Source of the DNA: Octopus bimaculoides
Taxonomy: Eukaryota
Assembly: GCF_001194135.2 (NCBI RefSeq)
Contig: NC_068984.1
Location: 85,950,149-86,000,479, forward strand
Direction of reading: 5' to 3'
Length of the DNA: 50,331 bases
Numbering within the stretch: the stretch's first letter is position 1; the number at the start of each line of letters is the position of its first letter. The translations under genes were made by a program, and so were the position numbers. This document shows, piece after piece, positions 46,923 through 50,331 of this stretch. Below the pieces are notes generated by a model that searched no databases, had not been told where the DNA came from, and worked only from the letters and a program-made list of their open reading frames with translations.

Positions 46923-49301
46923 TTATGATGTCTTTTGAATTTTCATGCGTTTCAAACTTTTAGGTCTTCCACGCGGTCGTTTCTTTAAATTTGTAGGGTA
47001 TTTTAGAGGGTATGGTTTAGATTTTATTGTGTTTATTGATGTTTCTGATAGAAAACCATCTGTACATACTCCTGAAACATCATCAGTAGTCACATTAATT
47101 TTCACTGGTAAATGTTCTGTTTCTGTACGCAATCTGTTTGACTCAGATAATTTTCTGTCAATGTTCTGTTCCCTGTTACTATTTTGTTTTGGCTCAATAT
47201 CACTGGTTCCATCAGAATCAACAGTTATATCTATGTAATTATTATTGAATTCAGTAGACTGAAAATAATTCTTTTCTTCAAGATAATTGTTGTTATGTTT
47301 GTAGAATTTGTTGTAAGACCAGATCTCACCCATAGTTGAGATATCATCAACTTCATTGTAATCTTTTGCTTTGAAAACGGGAGTTTTGTGACCAAACGTT
47401 CTTGGAAGATTTTTAGAAGTGTTCATCTCAAACAAGCTTTTCGAATCTGAAGCTGTTGTAACATCATTAGGTGTAGAAGAAAACCCAGAAACAGGGTAAT
47501 CTGATTCTATAAGATTTTTAGAAAGTTCAGCAATTGATTTTTCTGTGTCCCAGGCTGAGTATGAAGTATCTGGAAGAATTTCACCTGTAACAGAATCAGA
47601 CTTTGTCAGAGCCATTTTAGAGAAAAGTTCTGCATTGAGCAAAATACTAGAATTATCAAGAATTTCAATGGGAGAAGTTTCGGAAACTTTGGGTGGCCAG
47701 TCTCCATCTTGGCAGTTTTTCCCAGAAGTTGCCTCTGACAGAATTTTAGGATCTATCTGTGAAATCTCACAAGTTTTTTCATACAGATCAGACCATTTGT
47801 CATTGAGAGATTCATCAACGTCTAAATATAAAGCATCATGAGACGAGAAAGAAGGACTGTTAAGACAGTTAGTGTTATTAATGACAGGTGAGTTACAAGT
47901 TGTTGATGACCCTATCGGGCTTGTTATTGAAGAGTCATCATTGTTTGTTGAAGATGACAAGCTGTTATAATTCAGCATAACATTTGGTTCAACATTCAGA
48001 TAGCCATTCTGCAAAAAGTCAAGGTTATTCAACAATTTCTTTTCGCTGTGGATAACTAGTTCTTGTAGAAACATCAAAACAACATTAGAACTTAGATCAA
48101 TGTTCAAGCCATGAGCAATGACACATTCCAAAAGTTGTTCAATAAAACCATCATCTAAGAACTTGTCCACAAATTTAGAACTCTCATTTGAACACCCTAA
48201 GTTCAGAGTTCTACGTATACACTTTGCATTTTCCTTCACTTTTTCAGTGTGTTGCAAATTCACATCAAACTCAGAGTCTTCTGCAAAGAGATTGACTCCA
48301 GCAAGTTTGCGATATTTCATCAACCAATGATTTTTCAGGATTTTCATTTTAGAAAGTCGTAATGTTAAGCATTCTATTTTCTTTTCTTTCTCAGTCAGTT
48401 TATTGAGAAAAGAGGTCATTTCTTTGTTTTTATTGTCAAGAAGTAACTGGAGCTCATCAACTTTTTGACGCAAATTTTGAGCCCAAGCACTTTCTTTGCA
48501 ATATGAAGAAGATCTGCTTTGTGGAAGATCAGCTAAACTGGAAGTGTCTTTTCCAACATTATTAGAAGTTACTGAAATATCAGCTGAAATAGAATCGTTC
48601 ATATGTTCCAGTTTGAAAGATCTTGGAGATTTGCTAGGAAGTGGTAACTGATAAGGTGTTTCAAGAAAAATGCTTAATTCTTCCCCTTCTAGTTGCTCTG
48701 CTTGTTCAAGAATTTGTGTCCACTGTCTTTTGATATCCATTGGTTTTAATAACACTTTGCTGTTCAGAATTCCAAAGAAATGCAGCCATTTGGGAACGAC
48801 TTTAAACCAGCAAAGATGATAGGAATTTCGTAGGCGACATAATATTACTATGTGTTTATTAGCTAGAGTCATTTTAGAGCCAGGTCGGGGAACTAATGGA
48901 CCAGTTATAAGCATGGATTTTGTGACTCCCCATTTCGTAAAATCCTCCCACTCTGCCTCAAGCTTAGCAGCATAAAGACTTGCGATTGGTTGGTAAATAG
49001 ATTCCAAATTACCAAGTTTGCGAGCCCGTTCAACGTAGAGACGGATTGTTGCAGAAAATGCAGCAATCCGGTTTGGTAAGAAAGGCACGAGATCTGGAAA
49101 CAGAAACTTGAGGATGACAACTAATGTCTCAGTAGTTTTCATAGGCTGGATCTTGATAAAATCCAGCAGTCTTCCATAAAGGACATAGGTCAGCTTGACA
49201 TTAGAACATCGTGATAATGCAGACAATTTGATATTGCCTGCTAGAATGTCAGTCAATGACTCAGTAACACACTGTACAACTCTATCTGCTTTCTCGGATT
49301 C
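46923..49301 (-). CDS. Terminal exon (792 aa) of an uncharacterised protein with coiled coil and C-terminal AT-hook
   Basis: Uninterrupted 2.4-kb frame in about 35% GC DNA. Phase-0 acceptor tttcttacattgcag|GAA at 49301; stop at 46923; KKRPRGRPK at 46959-46985. Upstream exons are not identified in the window. Confidence 0.82.
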   Translation of the reverse strand, partial: ESEKADRVVQCVTESLTDILAGNIKLSALSRCSNVKLTYVLYGRLLDFIKIQPMKTTETLVVILKFLFPDLVPFLPNRIAAFSATIRLYVERARKLGNLESIYQPIASLYAAKLEAEWEDFTKWGVTKSMLITGPLVPRPGSKMTLANKHIVILCRLRNSYHLCWFKVVPKWLHFFGILNSKVLLKPMDIKRQWTQILEQAEQLEGEELSIFLETPYQLPLPSKSPRSFKLEHMNDSISADISVTSNNVGKDTSSLADLPQSRSSSYCKESAWAQNLRQKVDELQLLLDNKNKEMTSFLNKLTEKEKKIECLTLRLSKMKILKNHWLMKYRKLAGVNLFAEDSEFDVNLQHTEKVKENAKCIRRTLNLGCSNESSKFVDKFLDDGFIEQLLECVIAHGLNIDLSSNVVLMFLQELVIHSEKKLLNNLDFLQNGYLNVEPNVMLNYNSLSSSTNNDDSSITSPIGSSTTCNSPVINNTNCLNSPSFSSHDALYLDVDESLNDKWSDLYEKTCEISQIDPKILSEATSGKNCQDGDWPPKVSETSPIEILDNSSILLNAELFSKMALTKSDSVTGEILPDTSYSAWDTEKSIAELSKNLIESDYPVSGFSSTPNDVTTASDSKSLFEMNTSKNLPRTFGHKTPVFKAKDYNEVDDISTMGEIWSYNKFYKHNNNYLEEKNYFQSTEFNNNYIDITVDSDGTSDIEPKQNSNREQNIDRKLSESNRLRTETEHLPVKINVTTDDVSGVCTDGFLSETSINTIKSKPYPLKYPTNLKKRPRGRPKSLKRMKIQKTS

Positions 49302-49896
49302 CTGCAATGTAAGAAACATAAATATTAATGAGCCATACAAGTCCAGCCTACAACTTAAATATATAATGTTTACATCTCATCACAGACACTGCATTATGTC
49401 CCATGGTCAAGATGCTTAATTTTCAAAATTGCTCAGTCTACTTAGCTATGGACAGAGGTTAGTGATAACTCACCACTAAGTAACTGCAGCATTATAAAAA
49501 TGACAATTGTTTTTTTTAGTAACGTTAGCATAAATGTATTTAATGCAATGAACAGCAATAGATCTAATTAGAAAAACTCATGAGATAAGAAAGAGACAAC
49601 ATTAGCTCAATGACTAATATGATTTTAATTATTTCAGCAAGTACAGAAGACAACTCTGGAATTGTTTCAGGCCTATATGGCCTCTTCAGCAAAGCATCTA
49701 CTTCACTATACTTGGTGAAATAGTGATGAAAGAATCATGAAGTAGATGTAGATTATTGTACATGTGAAAAATTTGTACTGAAATTCATTGCTGAAAGTGT
49801 TTATTAGACTGTAGTGTTGAGTTCAAGATTTCCTACAGGTATATCTTGAAGATGAGTATTACTAAACCTAACATACTTGCCCTAAGTACATGACAT

Positions 49897-50048
49897 AGGC
49901 ACAGGCATGGCTGTGTGGTAAGAAGCTTGCTTCCCAACCACATGGTTCTGGGTTCAGTCTTACTGTGTGGCACCTTAGGCCAATGTCTTCTGCTATAGCC
50001 ACATGCTGACCAAAGCCTTTGAAAGAAGCCTATCGTGTGTGTGTGTGT
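49897..50048 (+). mobile_element. SINE family C head
   Basis: GGCATGGCTGTGTGGTAAGAAGCTTG...GGGTTCAGTC followed by (GT)n. Confidence 0.8.
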
Positions 50049-50050
50049 AT

Positions 50051-50331
50051 CATCATCATCATCATCATCATCGTTTAACGTCCGCTTTCCATGCTAGCAT
50101 GGGTTGGACGATTTGACTGAGGACTGGTGAAACCGGATGGCAACACCAGGCTCCAATCTAATTTGGCAGAGTTTCTACAGCTGAATGCCCTTCCTAATGC
50201 CAACCACTCAGAGAGTGTAGTGGGTGCTTTTACGTGTCACCAGCACAAAGGCCAGTCAGGCGGTACTGGCAACAATCTCGCTCGAAAATCCTACGAAGGC
50301 CAGTCAGACAGTACTGGCAACGGTCACGCTC
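50051..50331 (-). mobile_element. RTE 3'UTR copy, running off the window edge
   Basis: (CAT)n then TTTAACGTCCGCTTTCCATGCTAGC; nearly identical to the 30387 copy. Confidence 0.85.

Noticed and set aside
46945-48330. + strand ORFs of 70-98 aa
   Set aside because: Antisense shadows of the long - strand exon.
49302-49340. ORF-track start Met of the 805-aa ORF
   Set aside because: MYGSLIFMFLTLQ reads through a pyrimidine tract and CAG acceptor; it is more likely intron than the true N-terminus.

Overview
AT-rich, repeat-dense eukaryotic genomic DNA with three N-gaps. The SINE/RTE repertoire looks like Octopus (recognised from memory, not verified by search). The window holds a complete 14-coding-exon FBXO9 gene on the + strand (ATG 2592 to TGA 35238; 456 aa reconstructed with consistent splice phases). 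Convergent to it is the 2.4-kb terminal exon of an unrecognised - strand gene (46923-49301) with two apparent N-terminal helical repeats, a coiled coil and a C-terminal AT-hook. The rest is mostly tRNA-headed SINEs, RTE/CR1-type LINE fragments, a Tc1/mariner relic, hAT/piggyBac/pogo MITEs, Helentron-type elements, a solo LTR and microsatellites. The most notable items are a full-length, CpG-decayed U6 copy fused to a full-length SINE in FBXO9 intron 5, the orphan AT-hook gene, a minimal hammerhead-like motif about 300 bp upstream of the FBXO9 leader, inverted RTE 3'UTR copies bracketing FBXO9 exons 10-12, and a uORF ahead of an ATG-only first exon. No prokaryotic-type systems (CRISPR, operons) are present.
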